A stretch of 27,349 bases of DNA from positions 1-27,349 of IMG/VR virus record IMGVR_UViG_3300027508_000039, one strand, 5' to 3'. The notes below the pieces were generated by a model. The model was given only the letters and a program-made list of their open reading frames with translations. It had not been told where the DNA came from and ran no database searches. A program made the translations under genes and the position numbers. Shown here one piece after another: positions 8,844 to 17,757 of this stretch (position 1 is the first letter of the stretch; each line of letters begins with the position of its first letter). This DNA is from a virus. Its lineage: Duplodnaviria > Caudoviricetes.

Positions 8844-9615
8844 TTATATCACCAACATAAACTTGTTTCTGATAGGAATATCCGACATCTTCGCGGAGTT
8901 TTTTCATCCAAGAGTATTGTGCATCCATTGAAGTTGATTGCGAATTGATATCAAGATGGGAAGTCAAACCATGAGCGAACCAAGACAGGTAAGCGAACCT
9001 GACACCACTCTCTAATGGTGCAACAGAATGACACCCAATAAAAGAAGATGGGTAGATGAGGATGCTTCCTTTTGGGGGCTTTATATTTATTCCCCAAGGC
9101 GCAAAACCTATTTCTCCTCCTTCGTAATCATCGTTTAATACGAGGCTAGAAGTAAGCGTATTGTGAATAGGGAATCTATTTACCTCAACAAAACTGTTCG
9201 GCTCATACGCAATGGCGCAGTCAGAATGCGATCCAATATACATACCTTTGTGATACTCAATAAAATACCCACGAGTTCTCCAAGTAACCGTTTCCATCAC
9301 AACAGGAAAAGATTTACAATATTCAACAAGGCATTTGTAGATTGAGTCCTCCAATAATTGTACAAAGGCTCTATCGTCATCCGAAATTCCTTGATACAGA
9401 GTGTTGGTATGGCGAATCGGTAGAGAAGAAAGATGGTCGTCTTGGAATTCGTACCCACCATTGTTTTTGACTGTTTCCTCATCTTTTGCAATACCGTAGA
9501 CAGTCGGAGGGGAGTTATCGTACATTCGCTTCATAAAAGAAACAAAGAACTCAGAGTCCACATTGACAGCATCTTCAAAAAGAATTATTCCGCTACCCAG
9601 ATGTCTGGCTTTCAT
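8836..9615 (-). CDS. 2OG-Fe(II) oxygenase, P4H-like ('LGGG/WWR' group)
   Basis: HSD; LNDDYEGGEI; CHSVAPLESGVRFAY. Confidence 0.9.
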   Translation of the reverse strand: MKARHLGSGIILFEDAVNVDSEFFVSFMKRMYDNSPPTVYGIAKDEETVKNNGGYEFQDDHLSSLPIRHTNTLYQGISDDDRAFVQLLEDSIYKCLVEYCKSFPVVMETVTWRTRGYFIEYHKGMYIGSHSDCAIAYEPNSFVEVNRFPIHNTLTSSLVLNDDYEGGEIGFAPWGINIKPPKGSILIYPSSFIGCHSVAPLESGVRFAYLSWFAHGLTSHLDINSQSTSMDAQYSWMKKLREDVGYSYQKQVYVGDITS

Positions 9616-10502
9616 TAGTTCATTCGCTCTGTCAAAGTAAAACCAAGATGTTCTGTATCTTTGACATTGGCAGTCAAATAGTTGCGGAAGTCTCTCCTTA
9701 GATTTGGCATGTACACGTTTGTTGATCGTTGCGCCTCTTCGGGGTCAGTTGTAGGGTCAACAATTGTTTCGTTGAGGTCAGGGTTTGGTGACCCATGTGA
9801 ATACCAGCCAAGGTAACTGTAACGAGTTCCGCCAGTAACTGGTTTCACTTCGTGTGAGGCAATAAAGTTTGAAGGGAACATCAGAATGTCTCCCTTGCGA
9901 GGAGAGTAAGTTATTCCGAGATAGTCAAAAACATGTTCTCCTCCACTGAATGCATCCTCTCCAACTTGATCTATACCGACGCAATCGTTGACATACATAA
10001 CTACTGAAAGAGTATTTTTTGTTGGTAACTGCTCTTTAGGGTGGTCTATCCCGTATAGATAGTCCACACTTGAATCAGAGTGTGTCCCCAAGAATAATCC
10101 ACCCTTTTGTGTTGAGTAAGAAACAATATGCCCCTTAACCTTCCACCAAATATTCTTGTATGCGAGCGGATGAATGGTCATATAGCCAAGCAAACAATTA
10201 TCTCGGGCAGATTCTAAAAAATTCAATAGTTCAATTACTTCAGGTCGCTTATCTTGATGAGTGTTGGCTGCCCGCCGTGGCATCATATCAACACCATCTT
10301 TTCTGAAAATATACCCACTTCGGTTTATGTAACAGGGTTCGCCTGTTTCAGGGTTTATCCCTTCTGTGTACATAGATTCACGTTCAGAAGCAACGAATTC
10401 TTCAAATAGATCGCGCGTTGAGCCCCAATCTACCGTGAAGGCGTTTTTGAAGAGTATTACTCCACCACCCAATTCCTCTGGCTCTATCCCGTTGAATTTC
10501 AT
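9615..10502 (-). CDS. 2OG-Fe(II) oxygenase, P4H-like ('LGGG/WWR' group)
   Basis: HSD; FSGGEHVF; SHEVKPVTGGTRYSY. Confidence 0.9.
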   Translation of the reverse strand: MKFNGIEPEELGGGVILFKNAFTVDWGSTRDLFEEFVASERESMYTEGINPETGEPCYINRSGYIFRKDGVDMMPRRAANTHQDKRPEVIELLNFLESARDNCLLGYMTIHPLAYKNIWWKVKGHIVSYSTQKGGLFLGTHSDSSVDYLYGIDHPKEQLPTKNTLSVVMYVNDCVGIDQVGEDAFSGGEHVFDYLGITYSPRKGDILMFPSNFIASHEVKPVTGGTRYSYLGWYSHGSPNPDLNETIVDPTTDPEEAQRSTNVYMPNLRRDFRNYLTANVKDTEHLGFTLTERMN

Positions 10503-11366
10503 TTAAATGTGGTCTTTCGCTCTGCTTTTGAATAGTGTGAGTTTCTCTGGAACCCCATTAGGGTACTTGCGATAAATATAGTCTTCATAATCGTCAATGA
10601 GAGTTTCAAGCCACCACTGACCACCAGAATGGTATTCGCCGTCAGACACAATAGGGTTAACCCCATGTTCAGGTGCTGGTGTGCCCTGAGCGAACCACAA
10701 AAGATATGAATACCTTGAACCCTTGGTTATTTCATGTATCTCATGGGCTCCAAGATAGTTTGCTGGCATCAAAACGATAGAGCCCGTATGAGGGACAATG
10801 TCAATATCAAAGTAAGGAATACTCATGTGACCACCGCTGAATCCATATTCACATTGACTTCCGTCATCGGTGCACGAATTGAAATAAACAAGCGCAGAAA
10901 CAACGTTCCGAGTCGCATGATCAAGTTGAGGAATAGCGCCATACCTGTAATTCACATCATTATCAGAATGAAAGCCAAGGCTGGCACCCTCGTCGTAGCA
11001 AAGAACATGACCACCAGATTTCCACCACAAACACTGCAAAATCGCAGGGAACATCTCTATATATTCAAGAAGTGCTTCGTAAACACGATCATCACATTCT
11101 TTAAAGAATGGGTGAGTTAGGTTTTGAATTCTTACTGGTGAACGCTTGTATGCGTCAAGACCATAAATAAACCCACCCTTATTGATGGTGTGCAAGGGTT
11201 CACCGTTATCGTCATAGACAATAGTGAAATTCTCTTGACGCCACTTTTCTTTTTCCTGTTCAAGATATGAAATCAAGTCACCCTGTGGGACGGTTATCGC
11301 ATTCTCAAAAAGAACAGTTCCGCCACCAAGATGTCTTGGCTGAAGCGGATTTTTTTCATTCACCAA
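10503..11366 (-). CDS. 2OG-Fe(II) oxygenase, P4H-like ('LGGG/WWR' group)
   Basis: HSD; FSGGHM; AHEIHEITKGSRYSY. Confidence 0.9.
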   Translation of the reverse strand: MVNEKNPLQPRHLGGGTVLFENAITVPQGDLISYLEQEKEKWRQENFTIVYDDNGEPLHTINKGGFIYGLDAYKRSPVRIQNLTHPFFKECDDRVYEALLEYIEMFPAILQCLWWKSGGHVLCYDEGASLGFHSDNDVNYRYGAIPQLDHATRNVVSALVYFNSCTDDGSQCEYGFSGGHMSIPYFDIDIVPHTGSIVLMPANYLGAHEIHEITKGSRYSYLLWFAQGTPAPEHGVNPIVSDGEYHSGGQWWLETLIDDYEDYIYRKYPNGVPEKLTLFKSRAKDHI

Positions 11367-11973
11367 AAACCTCTTTCAATGCTTCCAAAATAGTCTCCGT
11401 GCTTTGATCTGTCAGCCTCTCCGCGGCAAGAGGGAACTCACCCCAACTGAATCTGCGAATAACCCTACCAGAAGAATCAACTAGAAATTTTTCATAGTTA
11501 TGAGGGACACGATGAAGAGCCTGATTCGCAAGATTATGACCATGTGACGCTTCAGCAGAGTTGTCCGCTCTGGTATCACTAGAAATTCTTTTTGCTGTTC
11601 CTTTTAGAAATGAAAATAAAGGATGCTCGTTCTCTCCGTTGACTTCAACTTTTTCTGTGATTGGAAAAGTTACCCAAGGGTACGCCTCTTTTACAAATGA
11701 GGATATTTCTTCGCTTGTTGCTGGATCCTGTGATCCGAATTGATTGCATGGAACACCGACTACCGAAAAATCCTCGTACATATCGTTGATTGTTTGCAAT
11801 TCCCATAACTGCCGCGCGGTTCTCGTGTATGACCATATTGCACTTATTTTAGGTAAGTACTTTGTTTTAGTTGCAATATTGACTATCATGCATGTCTTCC
11901 CGCGAATACTGGATAGCACATCATCTGTTCCACCATCAGCAGAGCCAATTTTTATATCAAAAACAGAGTTCAT
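11356..11973 (-). CDS. Glutathione peroxidase (BtuE/Gpx)-fold protein lacking the peroxidatic Cys
   Basis: GVPCNQFGSQDP, FPITEKVEVNGENEHPLFSFLK and NYEKFLVD are Gpx motifs. VNIATKT replaces VNVASKC. Start moved to ATG 11973 (ATGA overlap). Confidence 0.85.
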   Translation of the reverse strand: MNSVFDIKIGSADGGTDDVLSSIRGKTCMIVNIATKTKYLPKISAIWSYTRTARQLWELQTINDMYEDFSVVGVPCNQFGSQDPATSEEISSFVKEAYPWVTFPITEKVEVNGENEHPLFSFLKGTAKRISSDTRADNSAEASHGHNLANQALHRVPHNYEKFLVDSSGRVIRRFSWGEFPLAAERLTDQSTETILEALKEVFGE

Positions 11974-12563
11974 TGTAGACACCAAAACTGTGTCATAAAA
12001 AATCTGACACCAGATTCAACAGGTGTCACATAGTGAGTGTAGATTTCCGAAGAAGGAAACAAAGCAAGCATTCCCCGTTTTGGCGAAACGCTTACGCCAA
12101 GATTGGGAAAATTTAATACCCCACCAGTAAATCCACTATTCAGATATAAAACAGAACTCACGTCTCTACTTTCATATCCTGCGGGTGTAGGGAGATCAGG
12201 TTTTAGACCGTCATAATGAGGCTTCAACATCTCACCTTCTTGGTATCCGCAAAAATCATAGCGATTTTCCAATCCGACCTTGCGCCCCCAGATCAGTTCA
12301 ATATGTTCATGAATTTTGTTAACAATGGGGTTGAAAAATTCGTCCATTTGACCATTATTCGCAATTACCAAAGATGGCTGTTTGTATTCATCACCATTAT
12401 CATCTTTTGTTGACGAGTAAAAATTGACCCCATCGTCCGTCAGTTCAGTTAAAACTTTCTTTGGATGTGCGATCAGCCTTTGTTCAATAATCTCTGCTGT
12501 TTCAACATCAATGAAATCGTCCAGAATGTGGATTCCGCCAGTTGTTGGATGGTCAATGATCAT
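11970..12563 (-). CDS. 2OG-Fe(II) oxygenase, P4H-like
   Basis: PHYD; RDVSSVLYLNSGFTGGVLNFP; THYVTPVESGVRF. Confidence 0.92.
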   Translation of the reverse strand: MIIDHPTTGGIHILDDFIDVETAEIIEQRLIAHPKKVLTELTDDGVNFYSSTKDDNGDEYKQPSLVIANNGQMDEFFNPIVNKIHEHIELIWGRKVGLENRYDFCGYQEGEMLKPHYDGLKPDLPTPAGYESRDVSSVLYLNSGFTGGVLNFPNLGVSVSPKRGMLALFPSSEIYTHYVTPVESGVRFFMTQFWCLQ

Positions 12564-13528
12564 ACTGAAATAACTCCCTTGACATTAAGCGTAGAGTAAT
12601 CGTTGATCTTCATATAACCGCTCACATTCCCATTATCTTCAACAAGGTTAAGGGAAACTTTAGCAATCATCGGTGTGGAGACCTGATATTCGGAATAGAA
12701 ACAACCTTCACTAAGGGAGTATGTGATATCCGTTGAATACTTACCTTGCTCAATTTTTGCCTTTGAGTCTGTATCAAAAACTATAGATATGTTTTCGTTA
12801 CCTAAAGGTGTTAAAACGGTCAAGCGGTACGACTTCCCAAATAATGGAGAACCAGTTTCGTAGTGGAAACCATTATTGAACAAACCTTGTGGAGGGCATT
12901 CTTTACTCCAAACATTAACAATCAACGACTGTTTAACCCCAGAAGGCGCTGGTGTCGTTCCATGAAGTTGATGACCTGCATCAAATATGATTAAGCGATT
13001 ACTCTTATATTTGATTCTTTCACGAGTTTCTATTGGGCTATTTTTCAAAATCGGATCAATGAAACTTTTCTCCAAAGAACCGACTGAATCACGAACCAAT
13101 AAGATTGGATAAAGTTCAAAAAAACCTGCTTCTTCTCCGTTATCCACTCCCCACCAAACAGCACCGAGAGTTGGTGTTCCTAAAGATTTATCGTGAACGT
13201 AGCGAGCAGTGTCGGCATCAATATGTGGTTGTATGTACTGACCCGGCTCATATGTTCTTGTCCAATACTCAAATCCGACCACTTCATCAATGTTTATTTT
13301 TCCCTCAAATATCTTTCGGATCAATTTCTTTTTGAGGGTATCCATTGGGCTTTTCCACCAACCATCCCAAAACATGTATGGAGAAAAAACCGAACCATTA
13401 GGGTCGTTGTACATATTCGGCACAGATGCGACCTTCTCCCCATCACCCATGGATACAGGGAAAAATGAGTCATCATCAAATATTGCGCTCAGGGTTACTT
13501 CGTCAAAATAGTTGTCTTGAATAATCAT
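12560..13528 (-). CDS. 2OG-Fe(II) oxygenase fused to a ~90-aa C-terminal beta-rich domain
   Basis: FEYWTR...PHID; KSNRLIIFDAGHQLHG...GVKQSLIVNVW. Start moved to ATG 13528, which follows an AAGGAG RBS. Confidence 0.82.
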   Translation of the reverse strand: MIIQDNYFDEVTLSAIFDDDSFFPVSMGDGEKVASVPNMYNDPNGSVFSPYMFWDGWWKSPMDTLKKKLIRKIFEGKINIDEVVGFEYWTRTYEPGQYIQPHIDADTARYVHDKSLGTPTLGAVWWGVDNGEEAGFFELYPILLVRDSVGSLEKSFIDPILKNSPIETRERIKYKSNRLIIFDAGHQLHGTTPAPSGVKQSLIVNVWSKECPPQGLFNNGFHYETGSPLFGKSYRLTVLTPLGNENISIVFDTDSKAKIEQGKYSTDITYSLSEGCFYSEYQVSTPMIAKVSLNLVEDNGNVSGYMKINDYSTLNVKGVISV

Positions 13529-13529
13529 A

Positions 13530-14279
13530 TTACTCCTTAACAACTATTGTAAGTCCATAAAACAAAGGTATATGGTAGACATTACAGAAACTATTGTGTT
13601 TTAGTTCATGATGCCATTCCCACGCAGGACTTACTATCGTTTTATTGTGATACAGAAATGAGGAGTCCGAACTGTTTTGGATCAGCATCACCCCACCAGA
13701 ATTGAGCCTGTCAACATAAGTTGATGCACCCAAAAACGGATTCTCCATATCCGATGACCAACCAAGAATCAAGTCATATTTAGTGTCTTCATCCAAATCT
13801 AATTCCTGTCGTGTCACCATTTTATACGGCACATTTGGAAGAATATTTGAAGTCCCTTTAGCGAATCGTTCATAATACAAAAGTCTCTTTGAGTTAAGTA
13901 TTGAAAGTTCTGCACCATACTTATTCACGAGCGTGTCATACTTGAATCTGTCCAAATATCCTGAAATTGACAGAACTGTATTCATTCTTTTCACATCAAA
14001 AATTGCAAAAACTAGTGCTAAAGAAAGCCACTGCGGACTTGAGTATCCTTTATGAAGTTTGGCGTGAGGCTGATGAATTACGTAATCAAAATCACTAGCC
14101 CCACCAGTAGCGATATTGCGACGATCAACGCCAACGGTATTGAACATATACTCGCCAATTAAAACAGACTGTGCGCAATCTTCATCTATGCATTGGTCGG
14201 CAAAATCAGAAAGCGGTACGTCTGTAAAACTGCTCAAATCAAACAGTTGATCTAACTCGTATCTTTTGTTATCAGACAT
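13530..14279 (-). CDS. Class I SAM-dependent methyltransferase-fold protein (divergent)
   Basis: C-terminal YDLIL...YVDRLNSGGVMLIQN...YHIPLFYGLTIVVK resembles the O-methyltransferase C-terminus. No clear GxGxG motif. Start moved to ATG 14279. Confidence 0.55.
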   Translation of the reverse strand: MSDNKRYELDQLFDLSSFTDVPLSDFADQCIDEDCAQSVLIGEYMFNTVGVDRRNIATGGASDFDYVIHQPHAKLHKGYSSPQWLSLALVFAIFDVKRMNTVLSISGYLDRFKYDTLVNKYGAELSILNSKRLLYYERFAKGTSNILPNVPYKMVTRQELDLDEDTKYDLILGWSSDMENPFLGASTYVDRLNSGGVMLIQNSSDSSFLYHNKTIVSPAWEWHHELKHNSFCNVYHIPLFYGLTIVVKE

Positions 14280-14574
14280 TTGATAACTCGTAGGATGAAA
14301 CTTGAAGATCAAAGTATGAGCGACGAAGAACCCGTGCTAAAAGTATGTTCTGACTCTTTAGATATTCATACACGGCATAGTTTTCTGTGTGCATATTTAT
14401 AAGATGCGAAGGCTTATATGCATAAATCGTGCGAATACGCTCCATTGCCTCATCAAAAGAAACAGTTTTGATTTCTGATTGTTCATAACCTAAAGTCAAA
14501 AGCACGCAAGCAATTGTTGTGGAAGCATAGCCAAAATCAGAGGTGGCGTCATAGGTTTCATCCTTTGTTTTCAT
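14272..14574 (-). CDS. Hypothetical protein (100 aa, helical)
   Basis: Overlaps both neighbours in operon fashion; GAGG upstream. Confidence 0.7.
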   Translation of the reverse strand: MKTKDETYDATSDFGYASTTIACVLLTLGYEQSEIKTVSFDEAMERIRTIYAYKPSHLINMHTENYAVYEYLKSQNILLARVLRRSYFDLQVSSYELSNV

Positions 14575-14749
14575 CAGTGCCGTCCTCTACCGTGTAGTCA
14601 ATAGTATGACAATTAGTTACCCATTCACCGTTGGACAGCCATCTTCCTGTTTCGCTCTCAAAATAAATTACGCCGTCATCAAACTTTGGGAGGTCAGTAT
14701 CTGACTCCCCAAATTTTGTTGGATCTTCTACTTGCTCGTTCGGATCCAT
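14558..14749 (-). CDS. Small acidic hypothetical protein (63 aa)
   Basis: Fills the operon gap tightly (4 nt from the upstream stop). Confidence 0.6.
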   Translation of the reverse strand: MDPNEQVEDPTKFGESDTDLPKFDDGVIYFESETGRWLSNGEWVTNCHTIDYTVEDGTDENKG

Positions 14750-14753
14750 GACA

Positions 14754-14963
14754 TTACGACAACTTCTTTAATGCAAAAATTTCGCTTTTCAAACATTCCC
14801 AACTTGTATGAAGTGGGTCTTGAAAATTATAAGGATTAGCCGAAGTTTCGTTAATAGAAGACGGGTCAATATCCATCATTTTAGAAAGAATAAATATTGA
14901 TTCCTCTAAAAAAACCTTAGCCTTAGATCTTGCCTTCTCGTAATCAAAAACGCCTATGTCCAT
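14754..14963 (-). CDS. Small hypothetical protein (69 aa)
   Basis: Same strand and tight packing with neighbours. Confidence 0.65.
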   Translation of the reverse strand: MDIGVFDYEKARSKAKVFLEESIFILSKMMDIDPSSINETSANPYNFQDPLHTSWECLKSEIFALKKLS

Positions 14964-14974
14964 AGGCTTCCATG

Positions 14975-15694
14975 CTAGTTCATCGGTTCATTCAGTTTTG
15001 GCAACCCCTGAAATGACGGTCCGATCTTATTCCCGTCGGCATCCAAACCAGTTTTTATCCCTTTTGTCCAAGTCCATGGTTTTTCTTGGTTATTTTTTGA
15101 TTTCATGGCACCATACTTGGATCGTTGTTCAACAAGTTCTTTGTCATCCCACAGGCTTGACACTTCAAAAGAAGTTTCAGAAAGCACCCTATTGTCAAAT
15201 AGGGTAAAAAACATGAATGGCATACCAGCCTCAAACACGACTGGTTCACCAATTCTGGTGATCATCCAGTTCATTTGGAACTCATCCGGCCACCAAGAAC
15301 TTGGAATGATTGCAGATAGTGGTTTAGCACCATCAACCATATAGTTTGGCGACCCACCAATCCAAATGTCGTAGTTTTCTTCTGTGCGAAAAGCGTATTG
15401 TGTTGAAAAGGAGATCATGCCAATAATGCTTGAATGAACAATGAGTTTGTGTGCGCCAAGCGCAGTCTGTATCTTTTCACCAGAGATGATGGTTGGTGGC
15501 ACATTGCCTCCATTCCACTCAACGACCACATCCTGCTCTAGTTGCAATTCCCACCCATAAACATTCGCATAGGTCATTGGTAGGCATTGGTAAGCATGCT
15601 TGTTATAGGTGTTGTCCATCCACTCCCGTTTGAGCCGAGACTGAACTATTTTGGGCGTAGTTGTCTGTGTTTTCAGTAATTGTATTTTTGACAT
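14975..15694 (-). CDS. DUF6065-like protein
   Basis: AYQCLPMTYANVYGWEL, GSPNYMVDG.KPLSAII..SW and FQMNWMITRIGEPVVFEAGMPF match my recollection of the DUF6065 motifs. Confidence 0.75.
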   Translation of the reverse strand: MSKIQLLKTQTTTPKIVQSRLKREWMDNTYNKHAYQCLPMTYANVYGWELQLEQDVVVEWNGGNVPPTIISGEKIQTALGAHKLIVHSSIIGMISFSTQYAFRTEENYDIWIGGSPNYMVDGAKPLSAIIPSSWWPDEFQMNWMITRIGEPVVFEAGMPFMFFTLFDNRVLSETSFEVSSLWDDKELVEQRSKYGAMKSKNNQEKPWTWTKGIKTGLDADGNKIGPSFQGLPKLNEPMN

Positions 15695-16353
15695 TAATAA
15701 TTTTTTTCTTGACTGTAACTTGCTTGACGGGTTAGGTCATGGTTGTTGTCGTTGTAATCAAACATTGTCACAGCAGAGTACTTCGTCCCTGAAAGAACTG
15801 GCTTAGCCGCATGGGCATATATGTATGTTGATGGGAAAAGAACAATATCTCCGTATTCGGGCTTGAAGGACAAATCCAAATAGGGGAACCATAATTCCCC
15901 ACCCTCGTAGTCATCATTCAAATACATACATGATGAAGTAGTGCATGTATAAGAAAAACCATGATCTGTATGGACTTGAAAGTGTTGATTCGTTCCATAC
16001 CTAATGTAGTTAATCGCCTCCATGTAGGCGAGATTAATGTTGTAGCGCTTCTCGTAGTCCGCGATGCACTCTTTCAGCGGGTTTTTAGTGTCATTGTAAA
16101 TGTTTATCAATTCAGAGAATTGGGGAGGGCAGTGTTTGATATGGAGTTCACCCATCTTGCAATCAACGCAATCTCTGTACTCGGGCATTTTTTGGTTATA
16201 ACCAACTAGCGCATCCATCCACATGTATGGCGGTGTCTTGCTTTCCCCAATTGTTTCTTCAAGACGATCTACAAGTCTTAACGACTTTGGTAAGGCGTTT
16301 TGATATAACAGGATCCCTAGACGTGGGTCACTTAAATGAACAGGATTTTTCAT
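15694..16353 (-). CDS. 2OG-Fe(II) oxygenase, P4H-like
   Basis: VHTD; YLNDDYEGGELWFP; AHAAKPVLSGTKYS (Lys at the 2OG-binding position). Confidence 0.92.
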   Translation of the reverse strand: MKNPVHLSDPRLGILLYQNALPKSLRLVDRLEETIGESKTPPYMWMDALVGYNQKMPEYRDCVDCKMGELHIKHCPPQFSELINIYNDTKNPLKECIADYEKRYNINLAYMEAINYIRYGTNQHFQVHTDHGFSYTCTTSSCMYLNDDYEGGELWFPYLDLSFKPEYGDIVLFPSTYIYAHAAKPVLSGTKYSAVTMFDYNDNNHDLTRQASYSQEKNY

Positions 16354-16357
16354 ATGC

Positions 16358-17005
16358 TCAGTCTACCTCCCATACTTGTTGCCATGAGTATCTTTCGCCA
16401 GAAGTAACACTGGTCACTTCATGACATGAATTCTCGTCGGCAATGTTATTAAGTAAAACCATCGTATTGGCAAGTGGCTTCAGCGTGATACCGAGAAACG
16501 GAGCATGGAATTCGCCCCCTTCAAAATCATCATTTATGTAGTAAACCGTAGAAAATGAAGCAGATACATAATCTGTTCCTATGCTCTTTTCATAAGTATC
16601 AGAGTGCATGCGCAGACCGCGCCCATCTGAATACTTCAATAAAAAGTTATTGTATATTCCCCTAGGATGAATATCAAATGTTGACATAATAGCCTTCATT
16701 GACAAAATCTCAATTTTAAGAATAACTTTTTTTATTTGTTCATCAATCGGTTTATTGCGAAAATATGACCAGTCCATGACCGTGGGTGGGTAATCAAGAT
16801 CGGTGTTATCTGTTTGAGATGGAACGTATGGTCTGAGATAAGAAACAGATGCGTCACCGCTGTGTGCAACATGTTTGAACCGCACAGCAGAAAGTTCGTC
16901 CGTTGAGGGCTGAAAATCTACGCCGCTTTTAACATATTCAAGTAGCAACTTATGATCGTCGGCGTTTAAGAAATCTTTAAAAACATGAAAATTAGTGTTT
17001 GGCAT
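16358..17005 (-). CDS. 2OG-Fe(II) oxygenase, P4H-like
   Basis: MHSD; YYINDDFEGGEF; CHEVTSVTSGERY. Start moved to ATG 17005 to remove an 86-nt overlap. Confidence 0.88.
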   Translation of the reverse strand: MPNTNFHVFKDFLNADDHKLLLEYVKSGVDFQPSTDELSAVRFKHVAHSGDASVSYLRPYVPSQTDNTDLDYPPTVMDWSYFRNKPIDEQIKKVILKIEILSMKAIMSTFDIHPRGIYNNFLLKYSDGRGLRMHSDTYEKSIGTDYVSASFSTVYYINDDFEGGEFHAPFLGITLKPLANTMVLLNNIADENSCHEVTSVTSGERYSWQQVWEVD

Positions 17006-17009
17006 TGAA

Positions 17010-17756
17010 TTAACTTTCGTCCAAAAGCCAAAAATGTTGGCGAACATAGCGCACACCTTTTGTGACGCTATTGACGCGATGAGCCATATCCTCATCCCAT
17101 GGCGTGCAATTTAGGATTAGGGAATTTGGTTTTGGCTTAAAACTTAGCCCAATATACGGAGTGCAATGCTCTCCACCCTCATAGTCATCATTTAGGTAAT
17201 AGATTGAAGCAAAATGGCATGGACGATGCGCAGTTGGTGAACTCTCATTAAAATCATAGCCATCTGTGTGCATTCTCATTGAGCGACTGTTTTCAATTTT
17301 TGTGAATACTGGCGGAAAAGTATTTTGTGCTTTTTGCCCAAACAAAGAAAAAATTTGTTCATTTATTTGAGAATCAAGTTTTGTGATTATGTCTAAGATC
17401 TTTTGTTCAATAGGTTGATGTAAGACCAGATTCCAGTCTTCATAGTTTTCCAAGCCCTCGGGGAAAGGTTCCGCCATCTGCCCACTTTTTATTTTTTCAA
17501 AAGTTTCATCATCAAAAACTTCTGAACGCAAATATTCAATAGATTCATCTTTGCTGTGCTTTACTGTATGAAATCTTGTCGCTGTAGGAGGTCTTTTATC
17601 CATTGATTCAGTGAATCCCCAAGTAAGTGGATCCGTATTTCTTACATACCAATCCAATGTTGACCATGAATCGCCATCTAGAAAATCTTGATAAATAGAA
17701 ATACTCGGGTATACGCTTTTCGGCGGGTTGGACGGAGTCGGCATAGTTTTAAACAT
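17010..17756 (-). CDS. 2OG-Fe(II) oxygenase, P4H-like (tandem paralogue of 16358)
   Basis: MHTD; YYLNDDYEGGEH; AHRVNSVTKGVRY. The start is at 17756 or 17765. Confidence 0.88.
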   Translation of the reverse strand: MFKTMPTPSNPPKSVYPSISIYQDFLDGDSWSTLDWYVRNTDPLTWGFTESMDKRPPTATRFHTVKHSKDESIEYLRSEVFDDETFEKIKSGQMAEPFPEGLENYEDWNLVLHQPIEQKILDIITKLDSQINEQIFSLFGQKAQNTFPPVFTKIENSRSMRMHTDGYDFNESSPTAHRPCHFASIYYLNDDYEGGEHCTPYIGLSFKPKPNSLILNCTPWDEDMAHRVNSVTKGVRYVRQHFWLLDES

Positions 17757-17757
17757 G

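Noticed and set aside
11356-11973. Selenocysteine glutathione peroxidase
   Set aside because: There is no in-frame TGA; the catalytic position is ACA (Thr).
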